Part shown: one piece after another, positions 9,295-16,963 of the stretch
Layout of the letters: every line of letters begins with the position of its first letter
How positions within the stretch are numbered: the first letter of the stretch is position 1
Assembly: GCA_045562535.1 (NCBI GenBank)
Contig: JBJKVP010000008.1
Span: 21,180 to 85,179, forward strand
DNA from: Dehalococcoidia bacterium
Lineage (GTDB): Bacteria; Chloroflexota; Dehalococcoidia; UBA6926
Direction of reading: 5' to 3'
Length of the DNA stretch: 64,000 nucleotides
Made by a program: the position numbers and the translations under genes
The notes under the pieces: generated by a model
Told to the model about the DNA's origin: nothing
What the model saw: only the letters and a program-made list of their open reading frames with translations
Databases searched by the model: none

Positions 9295-9371
9295 TGGCGC
9301 GCTTGGCGGGATTCGAACCCACGACCTCAGCTTCCGCAAAGCTGCGCTCTATCCAGCTGAGCTACAAGCGC
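9295..9371 (-). tRNA. tRNA-Arg (anticodon GCG), CCA encoded
   Basis: Hand fold: acceptor GCGCTTG/CAAGCGC, D-arm GCTCAGCTGGATAGAGC, anticodon stem CAGCT/AGCTG, loop TTGCGGA. Confidence 0.85.
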
Positions 9372-9383
9372 ACGTTTATCCGG

Positions 9384-9465
9384 TGCCGAGGGGGAGATTT
9401 GAACTCCCACGCCCAAAGGGCACTGCGTCCTGAACGCAGCGCGTCTGCCGTTCCGCCACCTCGGC
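9384..9465 (-). tRNA. tRNA-Leu (anticodon CAG), long variable arm, CCA not fully encoded
   Basis: GCCGAGGTGGCGGAA... with anticodon stem CTGCG/CGCAG, loop TTCAGGA, a variable stem-loop and T-arm GGGAGTTCAAATCTCCC. Confidence 0.9.
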
Positions 9466-9541
9466 AGTATGTTACCAGAAAATTGTACGATTTCTTACGC
9501 TTAATTAGAAGGGTCAATCGTTAATCTCATAAAAACATACT

Positions 9542-10849
9542 TTATTCCGCTGTTTGAATGATTTCAACGACTTTTTGAACAACTAAATCTAATTCCGAAC
9601 TCACAAAAACTGCTTCCAGTTTTTTGTACAAGTTGGAAGCGGTGCCATTAGTTAAATCCCGATTCCCTAGTTCCGATTCCCCATAAACGATCAGTTGCTT
9701 TGCAAGTTTAGCTACTTCAAGATTATTAAGGTTATTAGCCCCAATAGGCATATCACACAGAATAACCAGTTCAGCTGCATTTACCATTTCAGTATGATCA
9801 CGAACTAGATCCATATTAATCGGAGCAAACGCCATAGTAGGAATATAATTTACACCCAGAATGTCCATAACCATTCTATCAGTATCACCAGATCCTAGAG
9901 GTCCAGCGGTAACCTTAATTCCAGCATCTATTAACGAATGAATTAATCGGCCGCCCGTACCTCCACCACATATAACATGAACAAGCGATTTGGATTGAAC
10001 ATCAACAGACACTTGAGATTCATCATTGGTGCTTAAAGTTGTTTTACCCGTAAGAGGGTCATTATAAACAAGCGCTGATATACCGTAAGAGGTTTTGATG
10101 TTTTCTGAAATTAAAACCTCTTCAGGAAGGCCTGCTGATATAACTTTTCCATCGTTTAACAGGATCAGTTTATCGGCATAACGAGAAGCAAGCGAAAGGT
10201 CATGGATTGCCGTAACCACGCAAATTCCTTTCTTTGTATATTCTCGCATCAATTTTAATATTTTGAGTTGGTACTGAATATCCAAGTTTGCTGTAGGTTC
10301 ATCCATTACAATAATAGAAGTGTTTTGCGCAAGAGCTCGCGCTATAAACACTCTTTGACGTTCCCCTCCTGATAATTCTGATACTTTACTATGCCGTAAA
10401 TCTAAAACATCTGTTGCTTCCATAGCAGATTCTATAAATTCTTCGTCATTAGAAGAGTCAATTTGAAATCGACCTGTGTGGGGATATCTACCCATTGATA
10501 CAATATCGGAAGTTGTAAAGTTATGGGTTTCAGGGGGAGTTTGTGGCACAAACGCTATTTTTGTTCCTATCAAACGACGGTCTATCGAAGCAATATCAAC
10601 TCCATCAATAAATACGGATCCTGTGTGATTATCTAATAATCCACCGATAGCCCGCAGCAACGTGGTTTTTCCTGATCCATTGGGCCCTATCACAGCTATC
10701 AAATCCCCATGATCTGCTGAAAACGATACATCATCCAAAATCAATTTTCCTGATAGGTGGACGGTAAGGTTAAATGTTTGAGTAGCTGGTATTGACTCCG
10801 ACACAATGTTCACCTTTAAAAGCAATTTGGACCACAACCGTAGATCCAT
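9542..10849 (-). CDS. FepC/FecE-type ABC transporter ATP-binding protein fused to an uncharacterised ~170-aa C-terminal domain
   Basis: Walker A GPNGSGKTT, signature LSGGERQR, Walker B IIVMDEPT, H-loop AIHDL. The C-terminal part starts VHVICGGGTGG. The real start may be GTG 10804 or 10813. Confidence 0.8.
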   Translation of the reverse strand: MDLRLWSKLLLKVNIVSESIPATQTFNLTVHLSGKLILDDVSFSADHGDLIAVIGPNGSGKTTLLRAIGGLLDNHTGSVFIDGVDIASIDRRLIGTKIAFVPQTPPETHNFTTSDIVSMGRYPHTGRFQIDSSNDEEFIESAMEATDVLDLRHSKVSELSGGERQRVFIARALAQNTSIIVMDEPTANLDIQYQLKILKLMREYTKKGICVVTAIHDLSLASRYADKLILLNDGKVISAGLPEEVLISENIKTSYGISALVYNDPLTGKTTLSTNDESQVSVDVQSKSLVHVICGGGTGGRLIHSLIDAGIKVTAGPLGSGDTDRMVMDILGVNYIPTMAFAPINMDLVRDHTEMVNAAELVILCDMPIGANNLNNLEVAKLAKQLIVYGESELGNRDLTNGTASNLYKKLEAVFVSSELDLVVQKVVEIIQTAE

Positions 10850-10964
10850 CTACAAGAATAAATCGGTTAATATTTCTTGCGTTCTATTATTTTAATACAT
10901 CTTGTGAATAATTATATTGAGACAATTGATGATACTATATATCTACAAAAAGGAGATTGTGTTT

Positions 10965-11717
10965 ATGTTTAGAAAAGGACCGAACCAGCATATGATGTTC
11001 AGATCTGGAAATCCGGCTTTAGGGCCAAAAACTTTCGCTGGTTTTGATGCCACTTCCGGGCCCGTTATGTCTGTCGAAGGGGCAGTCAATCGAGTGGGGG
11101 TATCCTTACTGATTCTGCTAATTTTTGGGGCTCTTTCGTTCAATGCAGCTTCTGCTATATTTTTGATACCAGCTCTTATCCTCTCTTTAGTTCTGGGTTT
11201 GGTAACGGTTTTCAAAAAACATTTATCCTTCTATACGGTCCCTGCTTATGCAGCAGCGCAAGGAGTTGTATTAGGAGGGATCTCCTATTTTTTCAACGAA
11301 ATGTTTGAAGGTATAGTTTTTCAAGCCGTAAGTTTAACGGTGGCTATACTAGCTGCACTATTGTTTGCCTATAAATCAAGACTTATTAAGGTCACTGAGA
11401 ACTTTAAATTGGGAGTTGCAGCTGCAACAGGTGGCATATTTCTTTTATATTTTGTCCAATTTATTGGTGGGTTTTTTGGCTTGAGAATTGCAGTTTTAGA
11501 TATAGCAAACTCTTCATTGATGAGCATAGGTTTCAGTCTTCTGGTCATCGTCATTGCATCGCTAAACTTAGTACTTGATTTTGATTTTATTGAAGAAGGG
11601 GCTGAGAAAGGGGTACCCAAATACATGGAGTGGTATGCAGCATTTGGCTTACTAACCACTCTCGTTTGGTTATACCTTGAAATACTCAGATTACTAGCAA
11701 AGATGCGCTCTAGATAA
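10965..11717 (+). CDS. Bax-inhibitor-1/YccA-family membrane protein
   Basis: AGGAG SD 9 nt before ATG 10965. N-terminal FRSGNPAL motif and about 7 hydrophobic segments. Confidence 0.7.
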   Translation: MFRKGPNQHMMFRSGNPALGPKTFAGFDATSGPVMSVEGAVNRVGVSLLILLIFGALSFNAASAIFLIPALILSLVLGLVTVFKKHLSFYTVPAYAAAQGVVLGGISYFFNEMFEGIVFQAVSLTVAILAALLFAYKSRLIKVTENFKLGVAAATGGIFLLYFVQFIGGFFGLRIAVLDIANSSLMSIGFSLLVIVIASLNLVLDFDFIEEGAEKGVPKYMEWYAAFGLLTTLVWLYLEILRLLAKMRSR

Positions 11718-11762
11718 ATACAATAATCCAGCCTTGTGGTTCCAATCCTTGAATATAAATAG

Positions 11763-11999
11763 TCATTCTGTAGGTAGTATATTTATTGAGAAAATTGATC
11801 CTTCTTGATTCGGAATAACTCGGCACCTAACACCTTTTTTTAATGCATTAGGAAGAGAATATGTAGCAACAATCCTCGCATTTGTTATTGCCGTAGTTGC
11901 AACACCTTGCGTTGCTTTTATGATAGCTTGATCAATAAACTCCAGTTGCTCTTGCACAGGCCGTTCATTTATATCAACTCCGTGTTCATTTGCTTCCAT
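11763..11999 (-). CDS. hypothetical small protein translationally coupled to yeeE (possibly a small S/Se-relay accessory)
   Basis: 78 aa. Its ATG starts 1 nt after the yeeE TAA. No motif I can assign with confidence. Confidence 0.4.
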   Translation of the reverse strand: MEANEHGVDINERPVQEQLEFIDQAIIKATQGVATTAITNARIVATYSLPNALKKGVRCRVIPNQEGSIFSINILPTE

Positions 12000-12000
12000 T

Positions 12001-13248
12001 TTATGGAAACCTCTTTATCCACTGGACACTTATATATGATCCGACGGCAAGTCCTAGGGCGTATACCCACCCATTCAATGCCAACGACGGAACGGCCGAG
12101 AAAAATGCCCCCAGTGTACATCCAAGGCCTAAGCCGGCCCCATAACCCATAATGGTCCCACCCACTATAGATTGTAGATATCTAACGGGTGATCTCGGTA
12201 TACGCAATTTAAATTCTCGAGCAAAAATTGCTGATGCAGCTGCACCAGCTACTATTCCTACATTTAAAAAGAACGTTTCAGTAAACCAACTACCGCCTTC
12301 TACTACTACGGCTGCACACGCACCTAAGCCATCCATACCTTTTAGATCAACTGGAGGGACGCCAAAAAGATTAACGAACGAAGTTGACCATCTTGATATT
12401 TCTCCAACAACTCCAAGAGGGTGGAACCTTATGAACAAAACGATATTAACAACAGCCAATATAATCCCGCCGACTATAGGGCTCCATTCTGTTCTAAAAA
12501 TGCTCTTCAAATTACCAGTTATTTCACCAATAGTACTCGTTGGAGTTTCTTCAACAGTTAACTTTTTTATCTCTGGCATGACAAAACCGGCAGTTACTCG
12601 TCTCTCTCTTGCTAAAGCAACGTAGAAGATCACTAAAAGTCCTACTGCCGTTACAAGCAATGCCCCTGAATATGTAATTTCCGCGGGAATCCATACTGCG
12701 ATTTCTTGGGAGATTAAATTATCCCACCACCAGTTCCATGTATTGTTAAGAAAGAATAACCCTACCATAACGCCCAATATGGCCACCCAGGAACCAACGT
12801 AGCCCTCGCCCATCCTGTAGAGTGAGCCAGAAACACAACCACCGGCTAAAACCATTCCAATACCAAATAAAATACCCGCGATTAATGTTGATAACCCTAC
12901 AGGAAGCACATGGGCATCACTCGGGAATGCACCAAACCCAGGGTTTGGCGACACCGTGCTCATTATCATTACAAATCCAACTGAAGATACGGCTAGCCCC
13001 ACCAATATGCCTTTTATCATTCTAGTCTGACCCAAAAGGAAAAAATCTCTAAACGCGGAAGTAAAACAAAACCTGCTGCGTTGTACTGTAACTCCAAATA
13101 CGACACCAACAACCCAATATATCGCTGCTATAGGTTGATCGGTCACAGATAGTATGACTACCAAGCCAGTTATAAAAATAATGGTTGTCCATACCCAAAA
13201 GGAGTAGTTATTGATTTTAAACCGATTTATATCAGTGATATTTTGCAT
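12001..13248 (-). CDS. yeeE: YeeE/YedE-family thiosulfate (sulfur/selenium compound) transporter
   Basis: 415 aa polytopic protein with duplicated halves carrying the conserved Cys motifs SRFCFTSAF, GGCVSGSLYR and LGLGCTLGAF. Confidence 0.85.
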   Translation of the reverse strand: MQNITDINRFKINNYSFWVWTTIIFITGLVVILSVTDQPIAAIYWVVGVVFGVTVQRSRFCFTSAFRDFFLLGQTRMIKGILVGLAVSSVGFVMIMSTVSPNPGFGAFPSDAHVLPVGLSTLIAGILFGIGMVLAGGCVSGSLYRMGEGYVGSWVAILGVMVGLFFLNNTWNWWWDNLISQEIAVWIPAEITYSGALLVTAVGLLVIFYVALARERRVTAGFVMPEIKKLTVEETPTSTIGEITGNLKSIFRTEWSPIVGGIILAVVNIVLFIRFHPLGVVGEISRWSTSFVNLFGVPPVDLKGMDGLGACAAVVVEGGSWFTETFFLNVGIVAGAAASAIFAREFKLRIPRSPVRYLQSIVGGTIMGYGAGLGLGCTLGAFFSAVPSLALNGWVYALGLAVGSYISVQWIKRFP

Positions 13249-13294
13249 GATCTTTCTTCTTTATTACACTCTGTCGCATCACAATTCATGTGTT

Positions 13295-13330
13295 AAAAAG
13301 GTACGCCCCCTAGCATAACATAGGGGGCGT
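13295..13330 (-). terminator. intra-operon intrinsic terminator between rhodanese and yeeE
   Basis: On the minus strand, a 10-bp stem ACGCCCCCTA/TAGGGGGCGT (13330-13321 / 13312-13303) is followed by ACCUUUUUAA. Confidence 0.6.
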
Positions 13331-13378
13331 AACCAGTTACCTAATATAAGGTAACTCTAGTGTGGCTAGCAATTTGAT

Positions 13379-14320
13379 TTAGGAATCAATAGGAGTATCT
13401 TCTCGATTTCCCCACTCAGTCCATGATCCATCGTACACAACGACGTTGTCATAACCTAAGAGGTCGCTCAGGACGAACCAACTATCTGTCGCTCTCACTG
13501 CTGTCTGACACAAAGTATAAATGTCTTGGTCAGTTCCTACCGCTGCAGCAGTATAAATCTTAGATAGCTCTTCAGCGCTCAAGAATGTCCCGTCTTCAGC
13601 ATGGTTGTTAGTCCACTCAACATGAACTGATTCAGGGATATGACCGCCTCTTTCTGCTCTGACATCACGGCCCGCATATTCATCGGCGCTTCTAGTATCT
13701 ACTACCAATTTAGTTGGATCTCCAATAGTTGCAAGGGTATCTTCCAAGGAAGCTACGAGACCAGGATTTGGCTCACCAGTAAATTCATATGAACTTGCCG
13801 ATATATTAGGTACATCGGTAGTAATTTCTTTACCTTCAGATTCCCAAAGAGCTATAGCACCATCCATCATTCTCGCATCTTCGTGACCATATACGTCAAG
13901 CGTCCATAGGAACCTTGTTGACCATAAATTTTTGATATGATCATATATGATAATAGTATCTGTAGACGATACACCCAAAGCGCTCAATTTAGCGGCTATA
14001 TCTCCCTCAGAAGGAATCACTCCTTTAACGCCATCTCTTTCTACTTGTAGTTCGGATTTATCATAGTTAATTGCCCCGGGAAGATGCCCTGCGGCATAGT
14101 CTTCACCTTTACGAATATCAATGATGACAACATTTTCATTATCCAAATTTTCATTAACCCAATCTGTGGAAACAAGTCGGGCAGTCGAAGCATATCCTCT
14201 ATCCTCAAGAGAAGCATCGGAAGCTACCTCGTTCCCTGCACATGCTCCAGTAATTAGCAATCCTAAAATTGCCAACCCGCCAAGGCTAATTTTTAAAACT
14301 TTACTCGAAAAAACCTTCAT
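13379..14320 (-). CDS. exported tandem-domain rhodanese (thiosulfate sulfurtransferase), lipoprotein
   Basis: Signal peptide with lipobox LITGAC, two rhodanese domains, catalytic loop CQTAVRA. Confidence 0.85.
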   Translation of the reverse strand: MKVFSSKVLKISLGGLAILGLLITGACAGNEVASDASLEDRGYASTARLVSTDWVNENLDNENVVIIDIRKGEDYAAGHLPGAINYDKSELQVERDGVKGVIPSEGDIAAKLSALGVSSTDTIIIYDHIKNLWSTRFLWTLDVYGHEDARMMDGAIALWESEGKEITTDVPNISASSYEFTGEPNPGLVASLEDTLATIGDPTKLVVDTRSADEYAGRDVRAERGGHIPESVHVEWTNNHAEDGTFLSAEELSKIYTAAAVGTDQDIYTLCQTAVRATDSWFVLSDLLGYDNVVVYDGSWTEWGNREDTPIDS

Positions 14321-14351
14321 TTTCTATGAACTCCCTCTATTTGTATTTTGT

Positions 14352-14588
14352 TTACTTAAATAAGTGAATTTTCCATTCCCCAGCTGCAACTTCTTCTATT
14401 TCACAACCATATCCACGTTTCATCGCTTCAGGCGGAATAGTTGACAGGGCAGGGGGATGATCCGTAAGAACATCAAGCGTTTGAGGCGCAGGATCTCTTC
14501 CATCAAGTTCTTTATTTGTGCGAATCATTGGATACGGGCATATTTCACCTCTGACATCCAGTAATTCAACGGTTAGTTCATCTGACAT
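14352..14588 (-). CDS. tusA: TusA/YedF-like sulfurtransferase
   Basis: 78 aa with the CPYP (CPxP) active-site motif. GAGGAGAG SD. Confidence 0.85.
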   Translation of the reverse strand: MSDELTVELLDVRGEICPYPMIRTNKELDGRDPAPQTLDVLTDHPPALSTIPPEAMKRGYGCEIEEVAAGEWKIHLFK

Positions 14589-14616
14589 TCCACTCTCCTC
14601 ATAAAATATTTTTTAC

Positions 14617-14653
14617 AAAAAAAAACCCCGCCTTGTTAATTCAAGGCGGGGCT
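14617..14653 (-). terminator. strong intrinsic terminator upstream of tusA (candidate attenuator terminator)
   Basis: Minus strand: CCCCGCCUUG-AAUUAA-CAAGGCGGGG (10 bp) followed by nine U. It ends about 12 nt before the tusA SD. Confidence 0.8.
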
Positions 14654-14673
14654 AAATCCAAATTTAAAGAATA

Positions 14674-14772
14674 TTATTCCCGCGACAACATCATACAGCA
14701 GCAAGCCTCGACCGAATTCTCTATTCGGTCCTGGCGTACAACCTTTATAATATTTGTACTAGGTTTAGTCAT
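14674..14772 (-). CDS. candidate leader peptide MTKPSTNIIKVVRQDRIENSVEACCCMMLSRE
   Basis: 32-codon ORF absent from the ORF track. AGGAAG SD 6 nt upstream of the ATG. Codons 24-28 are UGC UGC UGU AUG AUG. The stop lies 20 nt before the terminator. Confidence 0.55.
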   Translation of the reverse strand: MTKPSTNIIKVVRQDRIENSVEACCCMMLSRE

Positions 14773-14823
14773 CTTCTACTTCCTAGACCATAACTGTGTT
14801 TCGTACGATCTAACTTGTTCAGA

Positions 14824-14852
14824 ATTCTACTGGGTATACTAAATTATTGCAA
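14824..14852 (-). promoter_or_regulatory. sigma70-type promoter for the leader and tusA operon
   Basis: Minus strand: TTGCAA (14852-14847), 17-nt spacer, TAGAAT (14829-14824). Confidence 0.6.
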
Positions 14853-14926
14853 GCGGATTGAAAATTATTGCTCTTACACACATTAGTTTATAATAGTAAT
14901 ATTATTGGGAAAAGGCCACTCATATC

Positions 14927-16123
14927 ATGCCACTCTATCGTATATTTATAATTTGTTTTGCGTTACTAATAACCAGTTGCTCAACCACTTCATCCTCTAT
15001 AACCACCAGCCTTCCTGAGGAAGGAATTCATTTAGAACCGGTTTTCCAAGAGTTATCTAAAACCAATATTGTTTATATGGAACCCGCTCCAGGAATACCC
15101 AATAAATTATTCCTAGCCGTCAAAACCGGAGAAATCGTTATTATCGATACTGCTACTACAAGCGTTCCAGAAACTGAGTTTCTAGATATATCTGAAAAAG
15201 TGAATTCAACAGGTAACGAAGAAGGTTTACTAGGGTTTACTTTCGACAATCACTATATGGATAATCGTTTTTTCTACGTATATTATTCTGCCAGCAAACC
15301 CCGAAGAAGTGTAATATCAAGATTTACCGCGGAAACAGATAACCTTCTTAAAGCCATACCTGGAAGTGAAAAAATCCTGCTCGAAGTTGAACAACCTTAT
15401 TCAAATCATAACGGCGGTCACTTGCAATTTGGTTTGGATGGATTCTTGTACATAGGTTTAGGAGATGGCGGCTCGGCCGGTGACCCATTAAACAACGGCC
15501 AAGACCTTTCAACATTGCTCGGCTCTATATTAAGAATTAACGTGCATACGGAAAATACACAAACTAGATACACAGTCCCTATGGATAATCCTTTTGCAAA
15601 CAACGTTGAGGGGTTTAGAGGCGAAATATGGGCCTATGGATTGAGAAACCCCTGGAAATTTAGTTTCGATACAAATTCAGGTACATTGTGGGCCGCCGAC
15701 GTTGGTCAAAACAAGTATGAAGAAATAAATTTAATAGTCAGGGGCGGGAATTATGGCTGGAATGAGATGGAAGGAAGCAGTTGCTACAATAATTTTTGGG
15801 AGATCTCCCAAAATGAAGACTGCCTAAAAGAGGAGTTTGTAGAGCCTATTTTTACCTATCCTCATGATGCTGGTAATTGCTCCGTTACCGGGGGATATAT
15901 TTATAGAGGATCACAAATAGAATATCTAAGAGGTTTATATATATATGCTGACTTCTGCAGTGGCAGAATATGGGCACTTGAACATGATTCAAAAGGCAAC
16001 GCTGTGAACACTCTTTTGATCGATTCAAACCTCGCGATTTCTAGCTTTGCAAAAGACAGCAAAAATGAACTCTACGTCATTTCTTACGACGGTGCTATAT
16101 ATAGAATGACTTCGAAAAGTTGA
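14927..16123 (+). CDS. PQQ-dependent sugar (glucose/sorbosone) dehydrogenase, lipoprotein
   Basis: Lipobox LLITSC. Beta-propeller motifs NHNGGHLQFG.DG.LYIGLGDGG and GLRNPW. Confidence 0.8.
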   Translation: MPLYRIFIICFALLITSCSTTSSSITTSLPEEGIHLEPVFQELSKTNIVYMEPAPGIPNKLFLAVKTGEIVIIDTATTSVPETEFLDISEKVNSTGNEEGLLGFTFDNHYMDNRFFYVYYSASKPRRSVISRFTAETDNLLKAIPGSEKILLEVEQPYSNHNGGHLQFGLDGFLYIGLGDGGSAGDPLNNGQDLSTLLGSILRINVHTENTQTRYTVPMDNPFANNVEGFRGEIWAYGLRNPWKFSFDTNSGTLWAADVGQNKYEEINLIVRGGNYGWNEMEGSSCYNNFWEISQNEDCLKEEFVEPIFTYPHDAGNCSVTGGYIYRGSQIEYLRGLYIYADFCSGRIWALEHDSKGNAVNTLLIDSNLAISSFAKDSKNELYVISYDGAIYRMTSKS

Positions 16124-16191
16124 ACGAAATTTTATTTTTGTTAGGATGAATCCATAGTTCAAGCTGATGTAAAAACCCAAAGGAGGTTATC

Positions 16192-16842
16192 ATGGGAACT
16201 ATGACATCAAATAAATTGGGAGGACTAGCACTGACTTTTGGCCCGTTATTAGCAGTACTAGCCTACCTAGCATCACCAGGCCAAGGCTTAATAGGTGGCC
16301 AGGTAGATTTTGCCGACCCTCAAGCAGGGATTGGAGTTCTATTGGCTAATGGAGGAATCGCTTCTATCACGAGCGCCCTTGCACCGATTGGACTAATAAT
16401 TTTGCTTCACGGTATAAATACATTAGTGGAGCAACTACGAACTGGTGAAGGCGGTAGCATAGCAGCACTAGGAAGAGTATTTCTTGTATTTGGAATAGTC
16501 GCATGGCTGGTAGGAAGTAGCTTTCAAGCAGCCATAGCTGGAGGCAATACAGGCGCAGCGGCCGGAGCCTTATACGCCGGATCGTTCGGTCTGAACGTCA
16601 CCGGAGGAATACTTTCAGGAGTGGCGTTCTTGCTCATCGGACTAGGTGTCTCCGCAAATGCAAATTTCAATAGAAATTTTGCCCTGGTGGCAGCCGCTGT
16701 TTCCGCAGTACTACTGGTTGTAAATATCGTTGTTGCAAACGATACCTCGATGCAACTAACACTTGCACCGGTCGTAGGGATTGGATTTATAGTTTTCACC
16801 GTTTGGTCGATTACACTCGGTCAAAAATTAGGCAAACTGTAG
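16192..16842 (+). CDS. hypothetical Gly/Ala-rich integral membrane protein
   Basis: 216 aa with about 6 hydrophobic segments. AAGGAGG SD. Confidence 0.5.
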   Translation: MGTMTSNKLGGLALTFGPLLAVLAYLASPGQGLIGGQVDFADPQAGIGVLLANGGIASITSALAPIGLIILLHGINTLVEQLRTGEGGSIAALGRVFLVFGIVAWLVGSSFQAAIAGGNTGAAAGALYAGSFGLNVTGGILSGVAFLLIGLGVSANANFNRNFALVAAAVSAVLLVVNIVVANDTSMQLTLAPVVGIGFIVFTVWSITLGQKLGKL

Positions 16843-16872
16843 TAGCTCCTTAGCATTGCAATGTTAAATAGT

Positions 16873-16912
16873 TAGAGGCCCTTAGTCGCATAAATAAGAT
16901 TTAGGGCCTCTA
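16873..16912 (+). terminator. hairpin after the membrane-protein gene
   Basis: TAGAGGCCCT (16873-16882) pairs with AGGGCCTCTA (16903-16912). Long loop, weak T tract. Confidence 0.45.
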
Positions 16913-16963
16913 ATATATTTTGACCCACTAAACTTTAAATAAAAAGTAAGTTGAGGTGTTCAA

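Noticed and set aside
9294-9524. A 76-aa + strand ORF.
   Set aside because: It lies entirely over the tRNA-Arg and tRNA-Leu genes on the opposite strand, so it is an artefact.
13249-13294. A small ORF (MNCDATECNKEERSCKISLI) after the internal terminator and overlapping the yeeE start, considered as a possible second Cys-rich leader.
   Set aside because: It has no Shine-Dalgarno, lies after rather than before the terminator, and its Cys codons are dispersed. It is most likely chance.
14655-14780. Considered whether the structured region upstream of tusA (hairpin GACCGAAU-AGAGA-AUUCGGUC flanked by CCAGG/GAGGC) is an SRP (4.5S) RNA, or a SAM-I/SAM-II-type riboswitch given the sulfur context.
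   Set aside because: It lacks the SRP helix-8 signature (GGAA tetraloop with AGCAGCC-type internal loops) and the conserved SAM-I or SAM-II core sequences I can recall. The region is better explained as the coding part of the Cys/Met leader ORF.
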